Below, one piece after another: positions 1-8,463 of a stretch of 64,000 nucleotides of DNA. The DNA comes from Acidobacteriota bacterium. GTDB lineage: Bacteria; Acidobacteriota; Vicinamibacteria; Vicinamibacterales; JAFNAJ01. Each line of letters begins with the position of its first letter. The stretch's first letter is position 1. Below the pieces are notes generated by a model. The model worked only from the letters and a program-made list of their open reading frames with translations. It was not told where the DNA came from and did no database searches. The stretch spans positions 4,900-68,899 of the forward strand of contig JAHDVP010000029.1 of NCBI GenBank assembly GCA_023384575.1, in the 5' to 3' direction. Both the position numbers and the translations under genes were made by a program.

Positions 1-86
1 CGGGTTTTCTCTAGAAATCACGTGGTTTCCTCGAGAGAGGCGCGATCAGCCCAAGCTGGCACCGCCTTTGCGAAGGAGAAGGACGT

Positions 87-350
87 ATGAGTGGTGCCGC
101 TGCCGCAGAAGCTCTGCACGCCCGGTTCGATGAAGTGCGCCGGTCGGAGTGGACTCGCCTGGGTCGCAAGGTGTCGACGCTCGACGAGGCGCAGCGGCAA
201 GCCGTGGAATCCATCGTCACGCAGGTCGTGCACGCGCTGGCCGATCGGCCGGCGCGCACCCTGGTGGCGACCGACGAGCCCGGGCTGGGGCAGCTGGCCC
301 TGAGGCTCTTCGGTGTGCGACTCGAACACATCGACGTGTCTGCCCGGTGA
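87..350 (+). CDS. small hypothetical protein (87 aa) with resemblance to the C-terminal dimerisation region of glutamyl-tRNA reductase (HemA)
   Basis: ATG preceded by GAAGGAGAAGG; G/C-rich third positions. The segment VESIVTQVVHALADRP...LALRLFGV resembles the HemA C-terminus. An in-frame TAG at 12-14 shows it is not simply the end of a longer ORF in this frame. Confidence 0.5.
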   Translation: MSGAAAAEALHARFDEVRRSEWTRLGRKVSTLDEAQRQAVESIVTQVVHALADRPARTLVATDEPGLGQLALRLFGVRLEHIDVSAR

Positions 351-606
351 CTGGCGCGCAGTATCGACCTCTTCATGCCTACCGCGGTCGGCTTGCCCAC
401 ACACCAGCCGGCCGTGTCGCTCCGCTTGCTTCGTCCCGCCAGATCCTTGATCCTCAGGGTGCCAGCGCCGGGCAACACGTCGTCGGCGCATCCCCGCGGG
501 GGATGCGCTGACACCGGGCGAGCGGCCCGGACCCCGATTGCGTCTTGCAAGTGCCCGAACGGCCACCGATAATCGAGCCACTTCCCATGTCCCAGGAGGA
601 CATCCC

Positions 607-945
607 ATGCGAGCAATGTTCGGAGCAGCGGTCGTCGTCGCGACGATGACCATCGGCGGTGCGGCCTTCGCGCAGGACGCCAAGGTGGCCGAAGGCGTGA
701 AACTGTACGCGTCGAACAAGTGCGCGATGTGCCACGCCATCGAGGGCAAGGGGAACAAGAAGTTCCCGCTGGATGGCGTCGGCGCGAAGCTGACCGCGGA
801 TCAAATCAAGGAGTGGCTGGTCGATCCGAAGTCGGCCGCTGCCAAGGCGAAATCGGAGGCCAAGCCGCCGATGACGTCGTACGCGAAGCTCTCGGCGGCC
901 GAGATCGATGCGCTCGTCGCCTACATGGTCAGCCTGAAGAAGTAG
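607..945 (+). CDS. periplasmic monoheme class I c-type cytochrome
   Basis: Internal ATG of ORF 538..945, preceded by AGGAGG. Signal-peptide-like MRAMFGAAVVVATMTIGGAAFAQ; single CAMCH heme motif; downstream PPMTSY (candidate Met ligand). Confidence 0.85.
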   Translation: MRAMFGAAVVVATMTIGGAAFAQDAKVAEGVKLYASNKCAMCHAIEGKGNKKFPLDGVGAKLTADQIKEWLVDPKSAAAKAKSEAKPPMTSYAKLSAAEIDALVAYMVSLKK

Positions 946-958
946 GGCAGGATCACGG

Positions 959-2239
959 ATGCGGATCTCCGTCTCCTGGCGGGCGTGGCTCGCCAGTCTG
1001 TGCTTCGTGTCGGTCGGCGTGGCTGCGCAGGAGGTCACGCCGCCGACCAACGACGACTGTCTGATGTGCCATGGCGACGAATCGGCCGTGCGCGAGGACG
1101 GGACGGCGGTCTTCACGCATGCCGAGCGGTTCGCCGCTTCGGTGCACGGGAGCCTCGGCTTCTCGTGCATCGACTGCCACGCCGATCTCGCGTCGGCGGA
1201 GTTGCCGCACGAGGCCAAGCTCGCCGCCGTCGACTGCTCCACGTGCCACGACAGCTCGGACTACGCGAAGAGCGTCCACGGACGCGCGCGAGACGCGGGC
1301 CGGCTCGTCGCGGCGACGTGCGTGAGCTGCCACGGCAGCCACGAGATCCGGCCGTCGTCCGACCCGGAGTCGATGACGTATCACTTCAACCTGCTCCGCA
1401 CGTGCGGTGCTTGCCACGGCGATGCGAACATGGCGGGCATGGAGCCGAGCGACACGGGCATTGTCGCCACGTTCGTCGACAGCACGCACGGCCGTGCCCT
1501 GATGCGGGGTGGCCTGCTCGTGGCCCCGACGTGCGTCTCGTGCCATGGCGCGCACGACATCCTCGGCAAGGGGGAGGCGGAGAGCAAGGTCTACCGCACC
1601 AACGTGCCCGCGACGTGCGGCTCCTGCCACGAGGGGATCCGGGTGACGTTCGCGCGCGGGTTCCACGGCCAGCAGCTGCAGGACGGCAATCCGCGGGCCC
1701 CGGTCTGCTCCGACTGCCACACCGCGCACGCCATTCCGCGAGCCGAGACGCCAGGTTGGCAGCTCGAGGTGATTGGCGAGTGCGGAACCTGTCATCAGGA
1801 CCTTCTGCGGACCTATCGTGATACGTTTCACGGGAAGGTCACCGAGCTGGGCTACCTGCGGGTGGCAACCTGCGCCGACTGCCACGGTGCGCACGAGGTG
1901 CTGCCGAAGACCGACCCGGCCTCGCCCATCCACGCCGCCAACCGTCAGGCGACGTGCAACACGTGTCACCCCGGGACGAACGCGAACTTCGCGCTCTACG
2001 ATCCGCACGCCGACCCGCACGATCGCGATCGCAACCCGTTCCTGTTCTTCACCGCCAGGTTCATGCAGGTGCTGCTTGCCGGCGTGTTCGGGTTCTTTGG
2101 CGTGCACACGAGCCTGTGGTTCTCGAGGGAGTGGCGCGAGCGCAGGCGACACCGGCTGGCACACGCGCCGGCGGCGCGGGCTGCCGGGGGCGGGAGGAAG
2201 GGCACCGACGGCGATCGGGAGAGCGAGACGCATGACTGA
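959..2239 (+). CDS. undecaheme c-type cytochrome with C-terminal membrane anchor
   Basis: Signal peptide. 11 CxxCH motifs: CLMCH, CIDCH, CSTCH, CVSCH, CGACH, CVSCH, CGSCH, CSDCH, CGTCH, CADCH, CNTCH. Hydrophobic C-terminal helix FLFFTARFMQVLLAGVFGFFGV. Overlaps the next gene by 8 nt. Confidence 0.9.
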   Translation: MRISVSWRAWLASLCFVSVGVAAQEVTPPTNDDCLMCHGDESAVREDGTAVFTHAERFAASVHGSLGFSCIDCHADLASAELPHEAKLAAVDCSTCHDSSDYAKSVHGRARDAGRLVAATCVSCHGSHEIRPSSDPESMTYHFNLLRTCGACHGDANMAGMEPSDTGIVATFVDSTHGRALMRGGLLVAPTCVSCHGAHDILGKGEAESKVYRTNVPATCGSCHEGIRVTFARGFHGQQLQDGNPRAPVCSDCHTAHAIPRAETPGWQLEVIGECGTCHQDLLRTYRDTFHGKVTELGYLRVATCADCHGAHEVLPKTDPASPIHAANRQATCNTCHPGTNANFALYDPHADPHDRDRNPFLFFTARFMQVLLAGVFGFFGVHTSLWFSREWRERRRHRLAHAPAARAAGGGRKGTDGDRESETHD

Positions 2240-3098
2240 ACGGGCGGCGGCCGCCGCCGCGACGACGGGCGTGGCGCCCGCCGTGCGGACGCGGTACTAC
2301 AAGCGGTTCGATCGGGTGTCGCGTCTCACGCACGGCCTCCTGATGCTCAGCTTCCTGGGCCTTGCGGCGACCGGCATGCCGCTGCTCTTCAGCGACCAGC
2401 GGTGGGCCTGGGTGCTGTCGCGCGTGTTCGGCGGCTTCGAGATGTCGGGGTTGTTGCACCGGTTCTTCGCGACGATCCTGATCGGTGTCTTCGTCGCGCA
2501 CGTGGGCCGCCTCGTGATGCGGGTGTACCGCGACAAGGACTACTCGATCTTCTGGGGGCCGACGTCGCTTGCGCCGCAGCCACGCGACCTGCGCGAGATG
2601 GTCCAGCACTTCCGCTGGTTCATCGGACAGGGGCCGCGGCCGACGTTCGACCGGTACACCTACTGGGAGAAGTTCGACTACTGGGCCGTGTTCTGGGGCA
2701 TGTTCATCATCGGCGGGTCGGGGCTGATGCTGTGGTTCCCCGGGTTCTTCTCGATCTTCCTCCCTGGCTGGGTCTTCAACATCGCGCTGCTCGTCCACGG
2801 CGAAGAGGCGCTGCTCGCCGTGGGCTTCATCTTCACCATCCACTTCTTCAACGGCCACCTGCGCCCGACGAAGTTCCCGATGGATCTGGTGATCTTCACG
2901 GGGCGCGTGACCGAAGAGGAGTTCCAGCACGAGCGCCCCGGTGAGTTCGCGCGCCTGGCCCGTACTGGTCACCTGTCGGCGCTCGTCACCGACGAGCCGA
3001 CGCCGCGCGTGGTGACACTGGGCCGTACGGTGGGCACCGTGGCGGTGGCCATCGGCCTGACGCTGGTGGTGTTGATCGTCTACGCGGTGATCTTCTGA
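2232..3098 (+). CDS. membrane b-type cytochrome (FdnI/HydC, Ni/Fe-hydrogenase cytochrome b-like)
   Basis: Internal ATG of ORF 1773..3098. Several hydrophobic helices with conserved His (RLTHGLLML, LLHRFFATILIGVFVAHVG, LLVHGEEALLAVGFIFTIHFFNGHLRP). Translationally coupled to the 11-heme gene. Confidence 0.75.
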   Translation: MTERAAAAAATTGVAPAVRTRYYKRFDRVSRLTHGLLMLSFLGLAATGMPLLFSDQRWAWVLSRVFGGFEMSGLLHRFFATILIGVFVAHVGRLVMRVYRDKDYSIFWGPTSLAPQPRDLREMVQHFRWFIGQGPRPTFDRYTYWEKFDYWAVFWGMFIIGGSGLMLWFPGFFSIFLPGWVFNIALLVHGEEALLAVGFIFTIHFFNGHLRPTKFPMDLVIFTGRVTEEEFQHERPGEFARLARTGHLSALVTDEPTPRVVTLGRTVGTVAVAIGLTLVVLIVYAVIF

Positions 3099-3157
3099 CG
3101 AAGCGCGCCCGCGCCCTCTGCGGCCTTCCGGGCCATGCGTGATGGAGGCATTCCGGG

Positions 3158-4528
3158 ATGACTGAACGACGCAAGCTCGTGCGGAACGCGGTGTCCGCCG
3201 CGGGGGCGGTGCTCACAACGGTCAGTGCCGTCCTGTTCCTGACCTTCTTCTTCCTGGATCTCTTGGGTTTGCACGGCAACCCGTACCTCGGCATCTTCTT
3301 CTTCATGATTCTGCCCGGCGTGTTCCTGCTGGGGCTGGCCCTGATCCCGATCGGACTGTGGATCGAGCATCGCCGGCGCCTGGCAGGCCTGCCGCCGAGC
3401 GACTGGCGCTGGCCGAGCGTCGATTTGAACAACGACGCGCATCGCCGGGCGACGGCGATCGTGGGCCTGCTGACCATCGCCAACATCGCGATCGTCTCGC
3501 TCGCGGCGTACCGCGGCGTGGAGTACATGGACTCGACCGAGTTCTGCGGCGAGGTGTGTCACACGGTGATGGAACCGGAGTACGTGTCGTACCTCGATGG
3601 CCCGCACTCGCGCGTGCGCTGCGTCCAGTGCCACATCGGTCCAGGGGCTCCGTGGTTCGTCAAGGCGAAGGTCGACGGCCTTCGCCAGGTGTGGGCCGTC
3701 ACCGTTGGCACCTACGCGACGCCCGTGCCGAGCCCGGTGCACAGTCTCCGGCCGGCGCGCGACACGTGCGAGCAGTGCCACTGGCCCGAGAAGTTCACCG
3801 GCGATCTCGTGCGGCAGTACCGCTCGTTCGGCAACGACGAAGCGAACTCCGAGGACGTGACCGTGCTGCGCCTGCACGTCGGGGGTGGCGGCGAACACTT
3901 CGGGGGGCCGAGCGGCATTCATTGGCACACGAGCGCCCAGAACGTCGTGGAGTACGTCGCGACCGACGAACAGCGCACGGTCATTCCGTGGGTCCGGCTA
4001 ACCGACAGGGAAGGGCGGGTCACCGAGTTCTTCGCCGAGGGTGTGACGGAGGCGGACCTCGCCGGGCACGAGCGCCGGACGATGGATTGCATCGACTGTC
4101 ACAACCGGCCCACGCACCGCTTTGCCGCGACGCCCGATCGGGCCATCGATCTGGCGATCGCGACCGGAGTGGTTCCGGGGGATCTGCCGTATGTGCGCCG
4201 CGAGGCGGTGGCGGTGCTCGCGGCGAGCCACGGCGACCGGGCCACGGCCGAGCGGGCGATCGCGGAGCACCTCTCACAGTTCTACGCGCGGGAGTATGCG
4301 GAGCTCGCCGCCGCCAACGACCCGCGGATTGCGCAGGCGATTGCCGGTACGCAACGGGCGTTCACGCACAACGTCTTCCCGGCGATGCAGGTCACGTGGG
4401 GCACGCACCAGAATCACCTCGGCCATACCGATTTCCCTGGGTGCTTCCGGTGTCACACCGACGAGCACCGAGCCGCCGACGGCCGCACCATCAGTGCCGA
4501 CTGCTCGGTCTGTCATTCGTTCGACTGA
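3158..4528 (+). CDS. inner-membrane hexaheme c-type cytochrome (NapC/NirT-related, ImcH-like architecture)
   Basis: Three N-terminal hydrophobic helices followed by 6 CxxCH motifs: CGEVCH, CVQCH, CEQCH, CIDCH, CFRCH, CSVCH. Confidence 0.85.
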   Translation: MTERRKLVRNAVSAAGAVLTTVSAVLFLTFFFLDLLGLHGNPYLGIFFFMILPGVFLLGLALIPIGLWIEHRRRLAGLPPSDWRWPSVDLNNDAHRRATAIVGLLTIANIAIVSLAAYRGVEYMDSTEFCGEVCHTVMEPEYVSYLDGPHSRVRCVQCHIGPGAPWFVKAKVDGLRQVWAVTVGTYATPVPSPVHSLRPARDTCEQCHWPEKFTGDLVRQYRSFGNDEANSEDVTVLRLHVGGGGEHFGGPSGIHWHTSAQNVVEYVATDEQRTVIPWVRLTDREGRVTEFFAEGVTEADLAGHERRTMDCIDCHNRPTHRFAATPDRAIDLAIATGVVPGDLPYVRREAVAVLAASHGDRATAERAIAEHLSQFYAREYAELAAANDPRIAQAIAGTQRAFTHNVFPAMQVTWGTHQNHLGHTDFPGCFRCHTDEHRAADGRTISADCSVCHSFD

Positions 4529-4761
4529 CCTCATCCGCATGAGCTGCTGAGCTGCCGAATTCCCGGAAGGGGGGTGGTCATCCAGCTCCGCCGTGGCTCA
4601 CCGCTGATCGCCACCCCTCGCTCCCGGTCACGGCTGGAGGCGCGCCGGACGCCGTTCTCAGCTCCCCGTGTGTCCTGCCCGACGGCGGGAGCGCGGGCTG
4701 TGGGCCATGTTCAGCCTCCCGCCGGGCACAAGCGGCCCGGCCGCCCCTGCCGCGGTCGACC

Positions 4762-4777
4762 AGGCATGATCGTTGCA
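4762..4777 (+). promoter_or_regulatory. candidate sigma-54 (-24/-12) promoter upstream of the decaheme/porin genes
   Basis: AGGCAT-GATCG-TTGCA compared with consensus TGGCAC-N5-TTGCW. GG at 4763-4764 and GC at 4775-4776 give exactly 10-nt spacing. Lies 87 nt upstream of the ATG at 4864, in a 335-bp intergenic region. Confidence 0.45.
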
Positions 4778-4863
4778 CAAACGTGGGCGACAGTCGTCTC
4801 GCTGCCGGGATTCCGACAGCTGCCCTTGGACACGTCTGTCTTCAAGCTCGGAGGAGCGATCAC

Positions 4864-5808
4864 ATGCTGTCATCGAGGAATCTCACACGGCTGGGGTTCG
4901 GACTCGCGGTCGCCGCGGGGCTGGCCTTCAGCGGGGTTGTCGGAGGACCGACACCCCTGACGGAGGCGAAGGTCTCCCCGCCCGCGCAAGACGCCGGGGG
5001 CTACGCCGGCGAAGACGCCTGCCTGATGTGCCACGAAGACCAGAAGGACAAGGGCACGGCTCACGGGCGGGCGTTCAACGCGCGCACCCCCGCGGCGCTC
5101 CAGGGCTGCGAGAGCTGCCATGGACCGGGGCAGGCGCACATCGACTCGGGTGGTGACATCGCGACGATCATCAATCCCGCGAAGCTCTCGCCCGACGCGG
5201 CGAGCGACACGTGTACGACCTGTCACAACCGCGAGACCCAGGTGCACTGGGAGGGCAGCCAGCACGACTCCCGGCAGATCGGGTGCCTCTCGTGCCACAG
5301 CGCGCACGCGCCGGTGGGTGAACCCATGCTCAAGGCGAAAGACGAGACGTCGATGTGCGCCACCTGCCACAAGCCCATCGTCAACAAGCAGATGCGGTTC
5401 AACCACATGCCGGTTCGCGAGGGCAAGATGGAGTGCTCGTCGTGCCACAACGTGCACGGGTCGAGCAACGTGAAGCTGCTGAAGGCGGGCTCGACGATCG
5501 ACGAGAGCTGCTGGAGCTGCCACGCCGACAAGCGCGGGCCGTTCCTGTGGGATCATGCGCCGGTGTCGGACAGCTGCACGACCTGCCACGATCCGCACGG
5601 GTCGAACAACGACCGCATGCTCGTCGCCAAGCAGCCGTTCCTCTGCCAGCGGTGTCACGTCACCGCACGCCATCCTCCGACGATCTACGACGGGTACCTG
5701 CTGCAGACCTCGCAGAATGCCAACAAGATCTACGGCCGCTCGTGCGTCGTGTGCCACCAGACGATACACGGGTCGAACGCCCCGTCCGGGAAGACCTTCC
5801 TGCGTTAG
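4864..5808 (+). CDS. MtrA/DmsE/PioA-family periplasmic decaheme c-type cytochrome
   Basis: Internal ATG of ORF 4783..5808 preceded by GGAGGAG; signal peptide. 10 CxxCH motifs in about 314 aa: CLMCH, CESCH, CTTCH, CLSCH, CATCH, CSSCH, CWSCH, CTTCH, CQRCH, CVVCH. Immediately followed by a large beta-barrel gene. Confidence 0.9.
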   Translation: MLSSRNLTRLGFGLAVAAGLAFSGVVGGPTPLTEAKVSPPAQDAGGYAGEDACLMCHEDQKDKGTAHGRAFNARTPAALQGCESCHGPGQAHIDSGGDIATIINPAKLSPDAASDTCTTCHNRETQVHWEGSQHDSRQIGCLSCHSAHAPVGEPMLKAKDETSMCATCHKPIVNKQMRFNHMPVREGKMECSSCHNVHGSSNVKLLKAGSTIDESCWSCHADKRGPFLWDHAPVSDSCTTCHDPHGSNNDRMLVAKQPFLCQRCHVTARHPPTIYDGYLLQTSQNANKIYGRSCVVCHQTIHGSNAPSGKTFLR

Positions 5809-5817
5809 GCGAGGAGA

Positions 5818-8142
5818 ATGGCAATGCGCACCAGACTGACAGCTGTCACTGCGGCGTTGCTGCTGGCCTCCGCGACCTACGCGATGGCCCAGACGACGCC
5901 TTCGGCTCCGGGACCCATCACCCCGAAGTGGGGCACGATCGAGCTCGGCGGGATCTTCGGCGACGTGAGCGGCGACGAAGCCCGGTTCGAGCGGTATCGT
6001 GACGACCGCAACGGGCTCTTCTCGAACGTCAAGTTCAACGTCGACACTCCGACGTACGCGTTCGACGCGACGGCGTACCACATTGGCTACCGCGATCAAC
6101 GCTACGCCCTCAACTACGACCGCAGCCGGGTGAAGTTCACCTTCCTGTGGGACTCGTTGCCGACCAACCTGCTCTACGGGGCGCTCACGCCGTGGAGCCG
6201 GGGGGCCACGCGTCTCGAGCTCGACGACAACGCGCAGCGCGACGCGCAGAACCGCGTGGCGAGCGGCGTGCCGTGCGTCTACCTCTTCCCGTGCACGAAC
6301 CCGACGGCCGCGGCCGTGGCGTTGGCCAATCCATCGATCTACAACCGGCTGGCCACACGCTTCGATCTCGAGAACAAGCGCGACACGGCAGCCTTCGGGC
6401 TCACGATCAACGCCACCGAGGACGTTGACCTGCACCTGAAGTTCGCCACCACCAAGCGCAAGGGCGAGCAGCCGTGGGGGGCGTCGTACTCCTTCGGCAA
6501 CGCCAACGAGATACCGCTGCCGATCGACCAGCGGACCAACGACTTCCAGGCGGCGTTCGAGTGGGCGCGGCCGAAGGGCATGTTCCGCGTCGCCTGGGAC
6601 GGCTCGTGGTTCAACAACGACATCAAGGTCGTCGAGTGGGACAACCCCGTGCGCCTCACGGACTTCGTGAGCGCCACCGGTTCGTTCGACAACTCGGCGT
6701 ACAGCAACTCCAACGGCCCGGCCTTCGGCCGGCTCGCGGGGTGGCCGAACAACACGCTGAACGTGGTGAGCGTGGCCGGCATGTACAAGATGCCGCGCCG
6801 CTCGTCGTTCAACGCCACGCTGCAGTTCTCGAGCCAGGACCAGAACGACGCGCTCATTCCCTGGACCACCAACGGACCGCTGCTCAACGCGCCGGGGCTG
6901 GGCCTGACGACGCTGCCGCGGAGTTCGGCCGAGGCCAGCGCGAAGGGCCTGAACGCGCTCTTCAACTTCACGTCGCGTCCCGTGCGGTACTTCAGCTTCA
7001 ACGCGCGCTACCGCTACAACGACCGTGAGGTGACCACCGCCGATTTCGATGCGCGGTCGAGCACGCGGTTCGACGGCGGCACGGCAAACCACGGGCACAA
7101 CCACCTCTTCAACGTCACCCGGAAGAACTTCGACGTGTCCGGCACCTTCACCCCTCGGGGGTTCGGCGCCGTCCGCGTCGGCTACGGGAACGAGCAGTTC
7201 GAGCGAGAGGGGCGCGGGTTCTCCGATGTCAGCGAGAACATCTTCCGGGTCTCCTACGACCTGATCACGAACCAGTACTTCTCGGCTCGTGCCAGCTTCG
7301 ACACGGGCAAGCGCCGCGGCGAGGGTTTCCACCTCCAGGGCATCGACTACGAGGTCCAGACGGCAGGTGAGCAGCCCGGCCTGCGGTACTACGACGAGGC
7401 CGACCGCGATCGCAAGCGCGGGTCCGTGGTCTTCACCGTGATGCCCACCGACATCGTCGACTTCTACGTCAACGTCGCGATGGGCACCGACAAGTACCTG
7501 GCAGACGACTCGATTCCCCCTGGCCGCGAGTTCTTCGGCCTGATGGACTCGGACGTCGCGAGCTACAACGTCGGCGTCAACGTCATCCCGAACGACCGCG
7601 TGGCCTTCGGCGCGAGCTTCGGACGCGACTCCTTCAGCGCGCTGCAGAAGGCGCGTAACGCCAACCCGCCGCCCGACGCGAGCTGGACCGACCCGAACCG
7701 CAACTGGACACTCGACAACGAGGACACGGTCAACAACTTCAACCTCTACCTCGATGTGGCCAAGATCGCGGGGAACGCCGACCTGCGGCTTGGGTGGGAC
7801 TTCAGCGACTCGGATCAGTCGTTCGCCTACGGCGGCCCGCGCCCGGCCGCGCTGCAGGCGGCGGGTACCTTCATCCCGCTGCCCAACGTCACCAACAGCT
7901 GGAACCGCCTGACCGCTGACGTGAAGTACTTCTTCACGTCGAACGCGGGCCTTGGCGTTGGCTACTTCTACGAGAAGCTCGACATCGAGGACTGGGCGAC
8001 GATCGACACCAACGGGGCCGTCCTGTTCACGCCGGCGACGGGCGAGCCGCGCCTCGACTACCTCGGCGGCCTGCTGACCGGGTACGGCAACCGGCCGTAC
8101 AAGGGCAGCGTCGTGCACGTTCGTCTGCTGTACCTCTTCTGA
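5818..8142 (+). CDS. MtrB/PioB-family outer-membrane beta-barrel (decaheme-associated porin)
   Basis: Signal peptide MAMRTRLTAVTAALLLASATYAMAQ. 774 aa rich in alternating aromatic/polar beta-strand patterns with many N/D/G/Y/F. C-terminal ...VRLLYLF ends in the Phe typical of OMPs. Position directly after the decaheme gene. Confidence 0.85.
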   Translation: MAMRTRLTAVTAALLLASATYAMAQTTPSAPGPITPKWGTIELGGIFGDVSGDEARFERYRDDRNGLFSNVKFNVDTPTYAFDATAYHIGYRDQRYALNYDRSRVKFTFLWDSLPTNLLYGALTPWSRGATRLELDDNAQRDAQNRVASGVPCVYLFPCTNPTAAAVALANPSIYNRLATRFDLENKRDTAAFGLTINATEDVDLHLKFATTKRKGEQPWGASYSFGNANEIPLPIDQRTNDFQAAFEWARPKGMFRVAWDGSWFNNDIKVVEWDNPVRLTDFVSATGSFDNSAYSNSNGPAFGRLAGWPNNTLNVVSVAGMYKMPRRSSFNATLQFSSQDQNDALIPWTTNGPLLNAPGLGLTTLPRSSAEASAKGLNALFNFTSRPVRYFSFNARYRYNDREVTTADFDARSSTRFDGGTANHGHNHLFNVTRKNFDVSGTFTPRGFGAVRVGYGNEQFEREGRGFSDVSENIFRVSYDLITNQYFSARASFDTGKRRGEGFHLQGIDYEVQTAGEQPGLRYYDEADRDRKRGSVVFTVMPTDIVDFYVNVAMGTDKYLADDSIPPGREFFGLMDSDVASYNVGVNVIPNDRVAFGASFGRDSFSALQKARNANPPPDASWTDPNRNWTLDNEDTVNNFNLYLDVAKIAGNADLRLGWDFSDSDQSFAYGGPRPAALQAAGTFIPLPNVTNSWNRLTADVKYFFTSNAGLGVGYFYEKLDIEDWATIDTNGAVLFTPATGEPRLDYLGGLLTGYGNRPYKGSVVHVRLLYLF

Positions 8143-8165
8143 CGCGCTTTCCGCGTGAGCCTCGT

Positions 8166-8193
8166 GGGCCGGTCGTCGTTCGACGACCGGCCC
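8166..8193 (+). terminator. rho-independent terminator after the porin gene
   Basis: Perfect 12-bp stem GGGCCGGTCGTC / GACGACCGGCCC with GTTC loop, followed by the pyrimidine/T-rich stretch GCTCCCTTTCTT. Confidence 0.6.
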
Positions 8194-8463
8194 GCTCCCT
8201 TTCTTGGCTCCTGCGTTCCCCTCCTCGAGGGCGACGCAGCCCGGGGTGTGGACCTGCGTCGGAAGCGCGCGGCCGACTCGACGGCTGCCGGGTTTCCGGA
8301 AGTCCAGGGCTCGAAATCCGCCCAATTGGGGCCTTTTTCGGAAGACGCTGGGTTGGCGTCGGCCTTGCAGGTCCTTCTGGCAAACTCTGGTGCCCCTGCC
8401 CCGCGCGAGCGCTCGCCCGGATCACGGCACGCACCTCGATTGTCGTCGCCTACGGAGGCCCCC

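Noticed and set aside
486-508. 10-bp GC hairpin GCGCATCCCC-GCG-GGGGATGCGC between the mini-ORF and the monoheme cytochrome gene, considered as a terminator
   Set aside because: No U-tract follows on either strand, so intrinsic-terminator function is unsupported. Such hairpins are common in GC-rich spacers.
4870-8325. 1151-aa minus-strand ORF
   Set aside because: It is antisense to the decaheme cytochrome and MtrB/PioB-like porin genes. Its composition is low-complexity and Arg/Val/Gly-rich, with no recognisable domain.
8155-8463. N-terminal 100-aa extension of the radical-SAM ORF as given in the track
   Set aside because: The extension begins inside the porin terminator hairpin, has no RBS and has a non-protein-like composition. 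Radical-SAM homologs start just before the CxxxCxxC motif. GTG 8464 with a GGAGG RBS fits better.
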